Shown piece by piece: positions 7,911 to 17,663 of a DNA stretch of 64,000 nucleotides. The DNA comes from Leptonemataceae bacterium (GTDB taxonomy: Bacteria; Spirochaetota; Leptospiria; Leptospirales; Leptonemataceae), in the NCBI GenBank assembly GCA_965227295.1, contig OZ245742.1, positions 2,720,001 to 2,784,000 of the forward strand, in the 5' to 3' direction. The number at the start of each line of letters is the position of its first letter. Positions within the stretch are counted from its first letter, which is position 1. The notes below the pieces were generated by a model. The model was not told the DNA's origin and ran no database searches. It saw only the letters and a list, made by a program, of their open reading frames with translations. The translations under genes were made by a program, and so were the position numbers.

Positions 7911-9182
7911 ATGGCACACGATTCGATGCTGCTCACCGACGAAATCCCCGTCCTCCTGGAAGCCGAGGCTGAATCCGCCTCGGTCCTCGTGGTGGACGAC
8001 AGCAAGTTGAACCGCCACGTTCTGTCCGATTTGCTGCGGGACGACGGCCACCGGGTTACCGCCGTGAGCGACGCCCGGGAGGCCCTGGAGCTCGTGGCGA
8101 AGCGGGACTTCGATCTGGTCCTCCTGGACGTGGTCCTGCCGGACATTGACGGCCTGCACGTCCTGGCCCAAATGCGGCGGGACGCCCGGCTGCGGGAAAT
8201 CCCGGTTATTATGATCACCGGTCTGGCGGAACTGGAGAGCGCTGCACGCTGCATCCAGATGGGCGCGGAGGACTATATCTTCAAACCTTTCGATCCGGTG
8301 CTCCTGCGCGCGCGGATCGGGGCGTCCCTGGAGAAGCGGCGTCTGCGGACCCTGGAGCGGGCCTACCTGGCCCGGCTGGGCCAGGACAATCGTCGCAAGA
8401 CGGAAGAGATCGAGCAGGCCCGACTCATCCAGGATGCGTTGTTGCCCGGGACCGCGCCCGCGTGCGCTTTTCTGGAAATCGCCTCGCGCCAGCTGGCCGC
8501 TACCGAGGTCGGCGGGGACTACCACGATTTTCACTCCCACGGCGAAAATCATCTGGGCTGCGCCGTCGGCGACGCCACCGGTCACGGCGTCGGTGCCGGA
8601 ACCATGGTGGCCATCACGAAGGCGCTGCTCATCTCCGCGGTCCGGGCGGCGGAAGCCGGGAATGTGAACACCCACGAGATCGTCAACCCGCGCCGCAATC
8701 GGCTGCCGGGCGTCGTATCGCACTTAAACGAATCCATCTACAAGACCGGGCTGGGCGAGCAGTCCAACATGGCGCTCATGCTCTTCGACTTCTTCCGCGA
8801 TGAGCGCGGTGTCCGCGTCCACGCCTCGGGCGGGGCCATGCCGCCCGTCTATATTGTGCGCGCGTGCGGCGTTCTGGACAGCGTCGAAATCTGGGGCGCG
8901 CCGCTGGGCATTACGAAGAGCGCGAACCTGGAGTACGACGACATCGCTTTCTTCCTGAATCCCGGCGATGTAATGGTGCTCATGAGCGACGGCCTGCCCG
9001 AAATGGTGAATCCCCTGGACGTCATGCTCGATTACGATCGCCTGGAAGAACGCCTGGGTCACATCGATCCCGGTCAGAGCGCGGCCGCCATCCTCGAAGA
9101 TGTCTGGCAGATCGGCGCCGGTTGGGCCGAGGCCGTCCCCCCGCGCGACGATATGACCGTCGTCGTTCTCAAAGCCAGCTGA
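7911..9182 (+). CDS. Response regulator receiver + PP2C/SpoIIE phosphatase (RsbU-like)
   Basis: 'VLVVDD', 'LLDVVLP', 'VGGDYHD', 'GDATGHG', 'SDGLPE', 'DDMT'. Confidence 0.92.
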   Translation: MAHDSMLLTDEIPVLLEAEAESASVLVVDDSKLNRHVLSDLLRDDGHRVTAVSDAREALELVAKRDFDLVLLDVVLPDIDGLHVLAQMRRDARLREIPVIMITGLAELESAARCIQMGAEDYIFKPFDPVLLRARIGASLEKRRLRTLERAYLARLGQDNRRKTEEIEQARLIQDALLPGTAPACAFLEIASRQLAATEVGGDYHDFHSHGENHLGCAVGDATGHGVGAGTMVAITKALLISAVRAAEAGNVNTHEIVNPRRNRLPGVVSHLNESIYKTGLGEQSNMALMLFDFFRDERGVRVHASGGAMPPVYIVRACGVLDSVEIWGAPLGITKSANLEYDDIAFFLNPGDVMVLMSDGLPEMVNPLDVMLDYDRLEERLGHIDPGQSAAAILEDVWQIGAGWAEAVPPRDDMTVVVLKAS

Positions 9183-9305
9183 TCGCTACGCTTGCGCTTG
9201 CCGGACGACCGGTCGTTCAAGAGCGGGCAGGCGTCGGTATTCTTTTCTTGCTTCTCTGCTACCGCGACGTTGAATTCGGTCCTCGTCTTAACGACGGACC
9301 TCGCT

Positions 9306-10223
9306 ATGAACGCCGAAGCCTATCAGGAGATCGTCGACGTGGTGCGGCGGATGAATCGTGAGCATGCGAACGATCCGCTGCCCACCGTCCCGGATCTGGT
9401 GCCGCAACTGGATCAACGTTTTTATCGGGACAGTGTTGCACTAAATGCGGCGTTGAAGGCCCTGGTGGAGTCGAACATGTTGTTCGTCCTGCATCTCGTG
9501 GAGCCGGACGAACGTTTGAAGATCGAAGCGGTGAGCGCTTACGTGACGGCCGAGGCTTCCGTGGTGAACGAGCTGCGCGACTTCGCCGACGCGCGTCTGG
9601 AAGCCGCCTACGAACGCCAGTTCTATCGTCGCCGCGGCGCGGCGAGCATCATTAAAGAACTTTTTCCGGAGATTAAGAAATACAACAATTCCCCCCTGGG
9701 CCGCATCCTGAACGCCGCGGTGATGCTCGGCCAGTTCGCGAGTGTGCTGGACCGGGATCCGAACTCTTACTCGGAAGCCGAAAAACGCCGCCGTCTTAAA
9801 GAGTACTTCGCCGAAACTTACGAGGCCCCGGGCCCGGATGCCGCGGCCCCCGCGCCGCCCGTGGATGAGGACGGAGAACCGCGCCGCGCCGTGGACGCCG
9901 TCGCCGGTCTCGAAGCCGAGGAGATGGATCTTTCCGGGGCCTGGGGCGAGGCCGTGGAAAAGTTCGGCGTGGAGTTTCTATTGCGCATTCATTTCCGCAA
10001 GCACGAGTTCAACAAGATCAAGTTCCTGGTAAATACGCGCAAGATCGCCCGGGAGACGGATTTGATCTTCATTCGCGATACGGTGCGCACGTTGCAGACT
10101 CGCGCCATGGAAGGCCGCGACCCGCAGTTGCGCGGTTCCATTACGGCCATGCAGAATCTGTTAAGTTCCGTGCATGTGAAGTTACAGATCATTCAGCTGG
10201 AAAAAGAAGAGAAGGGGCTGTAA
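9306..10223 (+). CDS. Hypothetical protein
   Basis: Long ORF with normal codon usage; no recognised motif. Confidence 0.75.
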   Translation: MNAEAYQEIVDVVRRMNREHANDPLPTVPDLVPQLDQRFYRDSVALNAALKALVESNMLFVLHLVEPDERLKIEAVSAYVTAEASVVNELRDFADARLEAAYERQFYRRRGAASIIKELFPEIKKYNNSPLGRILNAAVMLGQFASVLDRDPNSYSEAEKRRRLKEYFAETYEAPGPDAAAPAPPVDEDGEPRRAVDAVAGLEAEEMDLSGAWGEAVEKFGVEFLLRIHFRKHEFNKIKFLVNTRKIARETDLIFIRDTVRTLQTRAMEGRDPQLRGSITAMQNLLSSVHVKLQIIQLEKEEKGL

Positions 10224-10290
10224 GGCGGAAGCCCCGAATCATGGGGTAGTGCTTCGGGTTCTTTCTTACGATCCGGTGCGATTAAGAACC

Positions 10291-11019
10291 TCAGATGTCC
10301 GTCCCGGAACCTTTTGCCAGGTGCGGGGTGCCGTTGAAGTTCACGACTTCGAGCGCGTCCAGGTCTTCGGAGTACTGGAAGACAGTCACCGACGTGTTCT
10401 GAATAAAACGCATGAGCCGCAGCGAGCGGGGGAGATCCAGACCGAACGCTTCGCCCACCATCAGCGCGATGGGCGTGCCGGAGCTGATGGCGATGTGTTG
10501 TTCGCCGTCGGCGGCGGACTGCAAACGTTCGCTTAGCTGCGCGAAGGCACCGCGGACGTCGGCGTGAAACTGCGCGAACGACGGAATGTCCGTGCGTTCG
10601 TACTTGCCGGCGACCCAGGTTTCGAGGATGCGCCGCAGTACGGAGATGTAGGCCTCTTTCGAGACGCCGCGCTTCTCGCTGTCGCGCAGGGACGACAGCC
10701 ATTCGCGGAATTGATCGCGGAAGTTGTCGTCGTCGTGGCGCAGTTCTTCGGCGATGCCGAACCAGATCTCCGGTGTGATCTCGTCGAGGCCGGGCAGTTC
10801 GTCCGCGGACGGGGCCGCCTCGCCGTAACGTTCGGCGAAGAGTTCGTAGGTTTCACGCTGACGGCCCAGGCTGCCGTGGGCCGCGCGATCCAGGCGCAGG
10901 TCTTCAGCGGCGAAGTGATCGCCCAGGGCCCGGGCCTGGATCTCACCGGCCGGGGTGAGTTTGTTGTAATTCTGTCCGCCGGCCTGGCCGTGACGTACGA
11001 GATAAAGTCTGCGTGCCAT
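10291..11019 (-). CDS. Histidine phosphatase family protein
   Basis: 'LVRHGQ', 'SSGTPI'. Confidence 0.9.
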   Translation of the reverse strand: MARRLYLVRHGQAGGQNYNKLTPAGEIQARALGDHFAAEDLRLDRAAHGSLGRQRETYELFAERYGEAAPSADELPGLDEITPEIWFGIAEELRHDDDNFRDQFREWLSSLRDSEKRGVSKEAYISVLRRILETWVAGKYERTDIPSFAQFHADVRGAFAQLSERLQSAADGEQHIAISSGTPIALMVGEAFGLDLPRSLRLMRFIQNTSVTVFQYSEDLDALEVVNFNGTPHLAKGSGTDI

Positions 11020-11047
11020 AAGTAAATCTTACTGAAAGTTAGCGGGC

Positions 11048-11443
11048 TTACTCCAGGGAGAAGCGCGGGTTCGAGACGGCCAGCGTCTTTTGCAGCGTGT
11101 CCTTCGCGTGTTTCCAGATTTCCGCGTTTTCGGGACCGATCTTTTCGTTCGCGATCTTCTGCGCGAGCTTCGCGTTCAGTTCGCGCGTCGCCGCCATCTT
11201 TTCCATGTAAGATCCCGCCGCCGGCACGCCTTCGCCGAGCAACTTCGCCAGGTTCGCCAGCTCTTCGTTGAGCAGGCCCTCGCCCTGGCGCAACTCCCGG
11301 GCGACGACGCCGAGCATGTTCCAGCTCACCAGCGTTTTGTAGGCCAGGGCGTCGTCGTGTTTTTGTGCGAGCGGCAGGATCTCTTTGATCAACATCTCCG
11401 CGATGGCGTCCATCAGGTCCGCCGCTTCCGGTCTATTTTGCAT
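11048..11443 (-). CDS. DUF6285-like protein
   Basis: 'MQNRPEAADL', C-terminal 'LAVSNPRF'; follows an APH-family phosphotransferase gene. Confidence 0.75.
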   Translation of the reverse strand: MQNRPEAADLMDAIAEMLIKEILPLAQKHDDALAYKTLVSWNMLGVVARELRQGEGLLNEELANLAKLLGEGVPAAGSYMEKMAATRELNAKLAQKIANEKIGPENAEIWKHAKDTLQKTLAVSNPRFSLE

Positions 11444-12497
11444 CTTCGATCAACCTCATCGCTTCGTACTCCATTTCACAGCAGCGCCGGCCGATGGCGG
11501 CGAGCTCAATGCCCCGGTCCGCCCCGGAGAGATGGCGTTCCGCCTGCTGGATCGATCCCACCGCCCAGCGCACGTTGCCCATAATTTCCCAGAAACGTAC
11601 CTTAGAGGGATCGATGCCGACGTCATTGCCGCGTTCCTTCGCGGCTTTTTCGTAGGCCTCGTAAAACTCCGGCCGGTCCGCGAAGCCGCCGACGTGTTTC
11701 GCGGTTTTGCCGAAACGCCAGTCGCGCATGCAGATCCAGGCAATGTCCTCGTGGCGATCGCCCCAGTGCGCGAACTCCCAATCGATGATGCCCTGCAAAC
11801 CGTCCGGCGTTACCATGAAGTTGCCCGTGCGAAAATCGCCGTGCACGAAGACCGGCGCATCGAGCACCGGGGCGTTGGCCTCGCACCAGTTCAGCGCCAG
11901 TTCGATGGCCGGATGAGCCTCGGGCAATTCCGCTAACAAATTGCGAACGTCAGTTACGGCGTTGACGGCGAACTCTTTGGATCCGGCGGGCGTATTCGCG
12001 CCGTCGCCGAGCACACCTTTCAGTTCGTCGTCCGCTTTCGCCGGCACGATGTCGTGGAGCGCCGCCAGGTTTTTCGCGAGATCCTGCGCCAGGGTTTTCC
12101 GCACGTCGTTCAAGCTGCGGTCTTTGACGATGTAACGCCCGCGCGCGTTCCCGTCGATGCGTTCCATGAAGTAAAACGGCCGGCCGATGGCCGCGGCGTC
12201 GGCTTCGAGCCAGTAGGGTTTCGGAGTCCGTACGCCGTTCGCGTAGGCCGCCGCCGCGACGATGTACTCTTCGCGCCGGCCCAGGCTGGCGAGCAACGAC
12301 GCGCCGGCGTCCGTGCGCAGGACGAGTTCGTAGTTCCCCGCTTCGCTGCCGCCGTCCACCGCCAGGTCGACGAGATAGTTGTCCTGGCAGGCTCCGCCGG
12401 AGAGCGACTTCATGTGCGTGATCTCAGCTTTGCCGCCCAGGCGTTTGCTTAAGTACTCCTCAACGTTTGTTTTGAGTTTCGCGCTTTCCGCATCCAT
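11433..12497 (-). CDS. APH/choline-kinase-like phosphotransferase (ACAD10-type)
   Basis: 'VHGDFRTGN', 'IDWEFAHWGD'. Confidence 0.9.
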   Translation of the reverse strand: MDAESAKLKTNVEEYLSKRLGGKAEITHMKSLSGGACQDNYLVDLAVDGGSEAGNYELVLRTDAGASLLASLGRREEYIVAAAAYANGVRTPKPYWLEADAAAIGRPFYFMERIDGNARGRYIVKDRSLNDVRKTLAQDLAKNLAALHDIVPAKADDELKGVLGDGANTPAGSKEFAVNAVTDVRNLLAELPEAHPAIELALNWCEANAPVLDAPVFVHGDFRTGNFMVTPDGLQGIIDWEFAHWGDRHEDIAWICMRDWRFGKTAKHVGGFADRPEFYEAYEKAAKERGNDVGIDPSKVRFWEIMGNVRWAVGSIQQAERHLSGADRGIELAAIGRRCCEMEYEAMRLIEDAK

Positions 12498-12498
12498 C

Positions 12499-13674
12499 CT
12501 AAAAGTCCTCTTTGCCGCTTAAAAGATTGCGGCCGATGACCATCTTATGAACTTCCGACGGTCCGTCGGCCAGGCGCGCGGCCCGGGCGTCCCGGTAAAA
12601 CAAAGCGAGGGGCATGTCCTGGCTGTAGCCCGTGCCGCCGCAGATTTGAATGGCGTCGTCGATGGTCTTGCACAACGTCTCGCTCACGTGCCACTTCGCC
12701 ATGGATACGACGTGACGGGCGTCCATCTCGTTCTGGATCATCCACGCGCTTTTTAACGTGAGCATCCAGCCCATCTCGATGTCCCGGGCGCGCTCGGCCA
12801 TCATCCACTGAATGCCCTGGTGATCCATGATCTTCTGCCCGAAAACCTCGCGTTCTTTCGCGTACTCCCGCGCGATTTCCAGTGAGCGCCGGGCCAGGCC
12901 TAACCAGCGCATACAATGAGTTAAGCGCGCCGGTCCGAGACGCACCTGGGATAAGCGAAAGCCCTGGGCCGGTCCGCCGAGGATCATGTCCTCGGGCACG
13001 ACGACGTTTTCGAATTTTAACTCGCAGTGACCGCCGGGGCCGTGGGAACCCATGGTCTCGACCTCGCGGACCATGGTATAACCCGGCGAGTCGGTGGGCA
13101 CGAGAAAGAGCGTCGACTTACGAAAGCTGCCGCCGACGCGCGCGAAGACGATGAGAAAGTCCGCGCCGTTCGCGCCGGTGCAGTACCACTTGTGGCCGTT
13201 TAAGATGTAGCGGTCGCCGTCTTTCACGGCGTTGGTTTGTAAGAGCGAGGGGTCCGAGCCGGCTCCCGGCGGCGGTTCGGTCATGGCGAAGCCGGAGCGA
13301 ATCTCGCCGGCGATGAGCGGTTCGAGAAAACGTTTGCGTTGTTTCTCGTTGGCCGCGTGGTTCAGCACGTGCATGTTGCCTTCGTCCGGCGCGTCGCAGT
13401 TGCACGAAAACGCGCCGACGGCGGAGCGCCCCAGTTCACTGAAGATGATCGACGTGCCTACGAGGTCCAGGCCGAAACCGCCCAGGTCTTTCGGCAGATG
13501 CGGCGTCCACAGGCCGCGGGCTTTCGCTTTCTTACGCAGTTCATCGGTGACGTCTTTCGGAAAACGCCCGTCGGCATAGTCGAAGTGTTTCTCCGCCGGA
13601 ATGCATTCCGAGTTGATGAAGTCGCGGACTTTCAGTCGCAGTTCCTGTACTTCCGGTGCTATCGCAAAATCCAT
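12499..13674 (-). CDS. Acyl-CoA dehydrogenase
   Basis: 'FAMTEP', 'NGHKWY', '[12 protein letters not shown]', 'DGPSEVH'. Confidence 0.95.
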   Translation of the reverse strand: MDFAIAPEVQELRLKVRDFINSECIPAEKHFDYADGRFPKDVTDELRKKAKARGLWTPHLPKDLGGFGLDLVGTSIIFSELGRSAVGAFSCNCDAPDEGNMHVLNHAANEKQRKRFLEPLIAGEIRSGFAMTEPPPGAGSDPSLLQTNAVKDGDRYILNGHKWYCTGANGADFLIVFARVGGSFRKSTLFLVPTDSPGYTMVREVETMGSHGPGGHCELKFENVVVPEDMILGGPAQGFRLSQVRLGPARLTHCMRWLGLARRSLEIAREYAKEREVFGQKIMDHQGIQWMMAERARDIEMGWMLTLKSAWMIQNEMDARHVVSMAKWHVSETLCKTIDDAIQICGGTGYSQDMPLALFYRDARAARLADGPSEVHKMVIGRNLLSGKEDF

Positions 13675-13707
13675 GTGTGTTTCCTCTAAAATAAAATCGC
13701 AGTGTGC

Positions 13708-14583
13708 TTAAATCAAACCTTGCTCTTTTAGTACCTGGTCCTGGATCTCAAACCCTTCGCCGATCTCAGGCAGCTCGTACTCTTCCCACATCCAATCGCC
13801 GATGACACTGATCACCGGGGCTTTCGATTCACCGGTGATAATTTTTTTTGCGGCCGCTTTTAAGTCGTCGCGGTTCGTGGGGCGATGCGGTGTGTCGAAA
13901 CGATCACCGAAGGCCGCGTCCTCCTGCGAGAAGGCGTACTCGAAAAAGAAGTCCGAGAACTTGCCGCCCTTGTCTTTGTAGCGCGCGCCCAGGTCCTTCA
14001 ACTCCTGATGCGGGGTCTTTCTTAAGGCGCGTTGTAACAGCAGGCCGATGCCGCGCGTCGCCGGGGAACGGAACGTGCCGCCGCGAATGGCCCGGAACTG
14101 CCCCGGTTTCCGGAACACGGTGTAATCCAGCGCGAGCTTGGCGTAGGCCATGGCCCCGTAGCCGACGCGGGTATGCGGCAGCCAGAAGAACGCGGAGTAG
14201 CCGACCGTCACCTGCGGTTTAAGGAGTTCCGCCGTGCGCATCATGGGCGTGTACGAAAATGCGAGGGCCTCCCGCACGTCTTCGATGGGCGCGGCGGGGA
14301 TGGGATAACCGATGGGACCGAAGGCGGGCGTAAAAAACAAAGCGGTGACGGCCCCGGGCGCTAATGTACCTCCGGCGTAACTCAGCATTCCGTCCCGAAT
14401 CTTTTCGGGAGCCTGCGCATCGTTCAGGTCGATGCCGGGAATGGTGTGATCGTAGCCGTCGATGTTTTTATCGCCGGACGTGGTGCCGATGACGCTCGCG
14501 CCGCCGGCTTCGCGCGCGGCCTCAAGGGCGCTGCGACCGGCCTCGCTGCTGCCGCCGACGATCAGGATGTACTTCGAACTCAA
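13708..14583 (-). CDS. Rossmann-fold/SDR-like hypothetical protein
   Basis: N-terminal 'ILIVGGSSEAG'; TTG start overlapping the TetR stop. Confidence 0.6.
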   Translation of the reverse strand: MSSKYILIVGGSSEAGRSALEAAREAGGASVIGTTSGDKNIDGYDHTIPGIDLNDAQAPEKIRDGMLSYAGGTLAPGAVTALFFTPAFGPIGYPIPAAPIEDVREALAFSYTPMMRTAELLKPQVTVGYSAFFWLPHTRVGYGAMAYAKLALDYTVFRKPGQFRAIRGGTFRSPATRGIGLLLQRALRKTPHQELKDLGARYKDKGGKFSDFFFEYAFSQEDAAFGDRFDTPHRPTNRDDLKAAAKKIITGESKAPVISVIGDWMWEEYELPEIGEGFEIQDQVLKEQGLI

Positions 14584-15254
14584 GTCAGGGCCTCCGTAAT
14601 CAACTTTAAGTGCAAACGATAGTGACGATGTAGATCGCGCGGGCGCAGTTCCCCGCCGGTGTGCCGGGCGAGGGGCGTGCCGTAAAAGATGGTGAGCAGT
14701 AGCTGCACGACTTCCCGTTCGCTACAGCGCGCGCCGATTTCACCGGAACGTCGCGCTTCGCTTACGTGGTTCGTGAGCAGGTCTTTCAAATGCGGAACTT
14801 CCAGGTCAAAGACGGCCGGATCGTCGGGGTACAGGACCGCGCGTTCCGCCGTTTCGATTTCCACGGGCGGCGGCGGTACGGTGAGCGCGGCGATCCAGCC
14901 GATGAGATCGAGAAACACCGCGGACGCTTCCCGGGCCTCGGCGGCGCGGCGAAACAAACGATCGAGGGCGCGCAGGCCGGCGAGGGGCTGGTGATGCTGC
15001 TCCACCGCGCGATGAAAACACCACAGGCGCATGAAGTAATTGAGCAGGTCGTCTTTGCGCGGAAAATAGTTGAAGAAGGTCATGCGCGAGACCTCGGCCC
15101 GTTCACAGATCGCTTCGACAGGAAGTTCGGCGAGTGAAGACGAATGGCCCCGGCCGATTTCACGCATGGCCGCATCGAGCAGGGCAAGCTTCAAACGAGC
15201 GCGCTTGCGTTCCCGCAGGCCGATGGCCGGAGCCGGTGTCGCTTCCACATTCAC
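14580..15254 (-). CDS. TetR/AcrR family transcriptional regulator
   Basis: 'GLRERKRA', HTH 'ICERAEVSRMTFFNYFPRKDDL'. Confidence 0.9.
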   Translation of the reverse strand: MNVEATPAPAIGLRERKRARLKLALLDAAMREIGRGHSSSLAELPVEAICERAEVSRMTFFNYFPRKDDLLNYFMRLWCFHRAVEQHHQPLAGLRALDRLFRRAAEAREASAVFLDLIGWIAALTVPPPPVEIETAERAVLYPDDPAVFDLEVPHLKDLLTNHVSEARRSGEIGARCSEREVVQLLLTIFYGTPLARHTGGELRPRDLHRHYRLHLKLITEALT

Positions 15255-15297
15255 GCGGCCAATCGATCACGGAAAAACTTGTCCTGCAATAAAAAAA

Positions 15298-15328
15298 TAT
15301 ACCCGAGTATAAAATTATTTCATCGGGT
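15298..15328. promoter_or_regulatory. Candidate TetR operator (palindromes upstream of the tetR operon)
   Basis: TATAC-n4-GTATA (15298-15311) and ACCCGA-n16-TCGGGT (15301-15328) in an AT-rich divergent intergenic region. Confidence 0.4.
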
Positions 15329-15401
15329 GAGTGCGCGAGCAGGCGTGTGCCGGGTTGCGAAATCTGCTTGCCTGATATAAGAATGCGAAGCAATCTGCGG
15401 C

Positions 15402-15761
15402 ATGGGCGAGACGCAGGAAGAAGCGACAAAGCGGGATTTTCGGAAGGGTAACATCAACTTCGACTTTCTGCAACCGGAGCAAAAGGTCTTCGATCGCCGG
15501 CTGGAACGTCGCGGGCCGGATCGCCGTCGGGGCAAACGCGAGGGCAAGCGCGGCCTCTTCGATCGCGGTCGCCCGCCGCAGCCGGTGGGCCTGGTGCAAA
15601 TCGTCCTCTGGATGTGCCTGTTGATTGTATCGACGGCGGGCGCGGTGTGGATCGTGTTTCTCGGCGAGTCGCTGGTTATGTTGTTGCTGTTGCCCTTTGC
15701 CCTGGCAATGGCGTGCTGGTCGTTGTTGATGGTGGTGTTGTTTCAGGCACGGCCCAGGTGA
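15402..15761 (+). CDS. Small membrane protein (2 TM)
   Basis: Basic N-terminus followed by two hydrophobic helices. Confidence 0.6.
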   Translation: MGETQEEATKRDFRKGNINFDFLQPEQKVFDRRLERRGPDRRRGKREGKRGLFDRGRPPQPVGLVQIVLWMCLLIVSTAGAVWIVFLGESLVMLLLLPFALAMACWSLLMVVLFQARPR

Positions 15762-15767
15762 CGGCCG

Positions 15768-16643
15768 TCACTGAAATCGTTGGAGTTTGTCGGGATTGCG
15801 CAGGGCGAAGATTCCGGCAATCCGATCGTCTTCCATGCGAAAGCTGAACGCCGTAACGGGCCGGCCGTTTGCATACAGGACCCATCCCGGCGCGCCGTTG
15901 TACCAAACATTGCGGAAGTGCGGTTCTCCCTGCAGCGCCGGGCCGATCCTTTGCAGGAGAAAGTCCATCACCGCGCTGCGCCCGCGAATGACTTCCAGCG
16001 CCGCAGCAGCTTTGCCGCCGCCGTCGGATACGAACTGCACGTCGTCTTTCAACAAACGTTCCAGGTCTTGCATCGTACCATGTTTGGTCGCCTCAAAGAA
16101 GGCGGTGCTCAGCCGCATGTATTGTTCTCGGTTCGGAACCTGCGCTGACGCTGCGCGTTGTTCGGGACGCAGGCGAATTTTTTCCCGGGCGCGACTGGCG
16201 AGCTTCCGGCACGTCGCCTCCGATTTATCCAGGGTGGCCGCAATCTCCGTAAACTGCATTTGAAACAAATCGTGCAGAATGAACGCGGCGCGTTCGCCGG
16301 CGGACAGACGTTCGAGCAGGACCATCAAGGCCATGGACACGCTTTCGTCCAACTCAAGATCGCTTTCCGTTTCTTCGCTGACGTACGGCTCGGGCAACCA
16401 CGGGCCGATGTAGGTTTCGCGTTGGACCCGCGCGCTTTTGAGATGATCGAGCGCCAATCGTGTAACCACGCGGGCCAACCAGGAAAACGGAGCACGGATG
16501 TTTGACTGGTCCGCGTGGTGCCAGCGCAGGAAGGTTTCCTGCACGATGTCCTCGGCCTCGCTGACCGATCCCGTGATTCGGTACGCGAGGCCCATGAGCC
16601 CTTTGCGGTGCGATTCGAAGACGTCGACGGAGTTTGATGTCAT
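15768..16643 (-). CDS. sigJ: ECF41/SigJ-type RNA polymerase sigma factor with SnoaL-like C-terminus
   Basis: 'LAYRITGSVSEAEDIVQE', 'YIGPWLPEP', 'SDGGGK', 'RNPDKL'. Confidence 0.92.
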   Translation of the reverse strand: MTSNSVDVFESHRKGLMGLAYRITGSVSEAEDIVQETFLRWHHADQSNIRAPFSWLARVVTRLALDHLKSARVQRETYIGPWLPEPYVSEETESDLELDESVSMALMVLLERLSAGERAAFILHDLFQMQFTEIAATLDKSEATCRKLASRAREKIRLRPEQRAASAQVPNREQYMRLSTAFFEATKHGTMQDLERLLKDDVQFVSDGGGKAAAALEVIRGRSAVMDFLLQRIGPALQGEPHFRNVWYNGAPGWVLYANGRPVTAFSFRMEDDRIAGIFALRNPDKLQRFQ

Positions 16644-16668
16644 GCTGCTTCCTGCGCCGGCGGCCGGA

Positions 16669-17184
16669 CTACGATACCGCGATTTCGATGAGCCGGCAAC
16701 TCTTTGCGTAACCGACGGCCCGCTTGATCGTGGGAAAGATCTTCGTGGTACTGATGCAAAGACCCAGTTCCAGAAGTTGGCCTTTATCAAAGCGGGCTTC
16801 GATGCGTTCGATTAGAGCTTGGTCGCTCAGGTTGTTGGCGGCGACGGCTGTCGCAAAATCGTAAACGTCTCTCAGCGCTTCCGGCAGTTCCGCGGGCGTA
16901 CGGACGGCCGCGCTCACCAGTTCGCGATCCACGCCGGCTTCCAGTGCCATGCGCACGTTCAACTGCAAACACGCGCCGCAATCTTCGCTGCGCATGCCGG
17001 CCAGCTTTGCGATCCAGAAGTCGTCCCGGTCGAGCAGCTCGCGGTGGCCGGCGAGCGGCAGGAAGGCGGCAAACTTTTCGTATCCGTCCGGCGACGTCTC
17101 CAGTAACTCACGCATGTACGTGGAGTCGTAGTCGTAATGTTTTTCGAAGTCATCGATCTGTTGACGATGTCCCGTTGTATTCAT
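16669..17184 (-). CDS. Carboxymuconolactone decarboxylase/AhpD-like protein
   Basis: 'EDCGAC' CxxC motif; usual ECF41 neighbour. Confidence 0.8.
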   Translation of the reverse strand: MNTTGHRQQIDDFEKHYDYDSTYMRELLETSPDGYEKFAAFLPLAGHRELLDRDDFWIAKLAGMRSEDCGACLQLNVRMALEAGVDRELVSAAVRTPAELPEALRDVYDFATAVAANNLSDQALIERIEARFDKGQLLELGLCISTTKIFPTIKRAVGYAKSCRLIEIAVS

Positions 17185-17204
17185 AAGTATTTCTCCGTTA
17201 AATG

Positions 17205-17490
17205 TTAGTGGTTTTCCAACTGCCAGGTCGTCGCCTTAAAGTACTCGCGATTGTGGATGTGCACGTCCCGGCGTTTGTCGTCTAACTCCGGCAGGTCGTG
17301 GCCTGGAAATACCAGCAAGTCCGGTTCCAGTCCGCAGTCGAATACGATGAGGCCGGCACGCGGGTGTTCCACGACAAAGGCCGGGGCCGGCCACGTTCAC
17401 CGGTGAGTAGCAGCCGGCCGCCATGAGCGCGACGGCGATCATCACGCACGCTCGAATCACATTTCGTGATCTATGTATAAAATCTGTCAC
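17205..17490 (-). pseudogene. Internally deleted, frameshifted MBL-fold (lactonase-like) lipoprotein remnant
   Basis: Lipobox 'MAAGC', then in another frame PAFVVEHPRAGLIVFDCGL joined directly to EPDLLVFPGHD...ENH* (TAA at 17205-17207). Confidence 0.65.
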
Positions 17491-17663
17491 AGTCTTTCCT
17501 CCTGCGCCGGACGATTCGCGACTGCGATTCAGCCGGTGCTACGAGAAAGACGATCGGGCGCGGGAAAATGTGACGGGTTCGGACCGTGAGGCCGATTTTT
17601 TTACGGCTCGCTGAATCAGGCCTCGAAGCGGATCTTTCGGCGAATCCCGTAACGGCCTTGACC

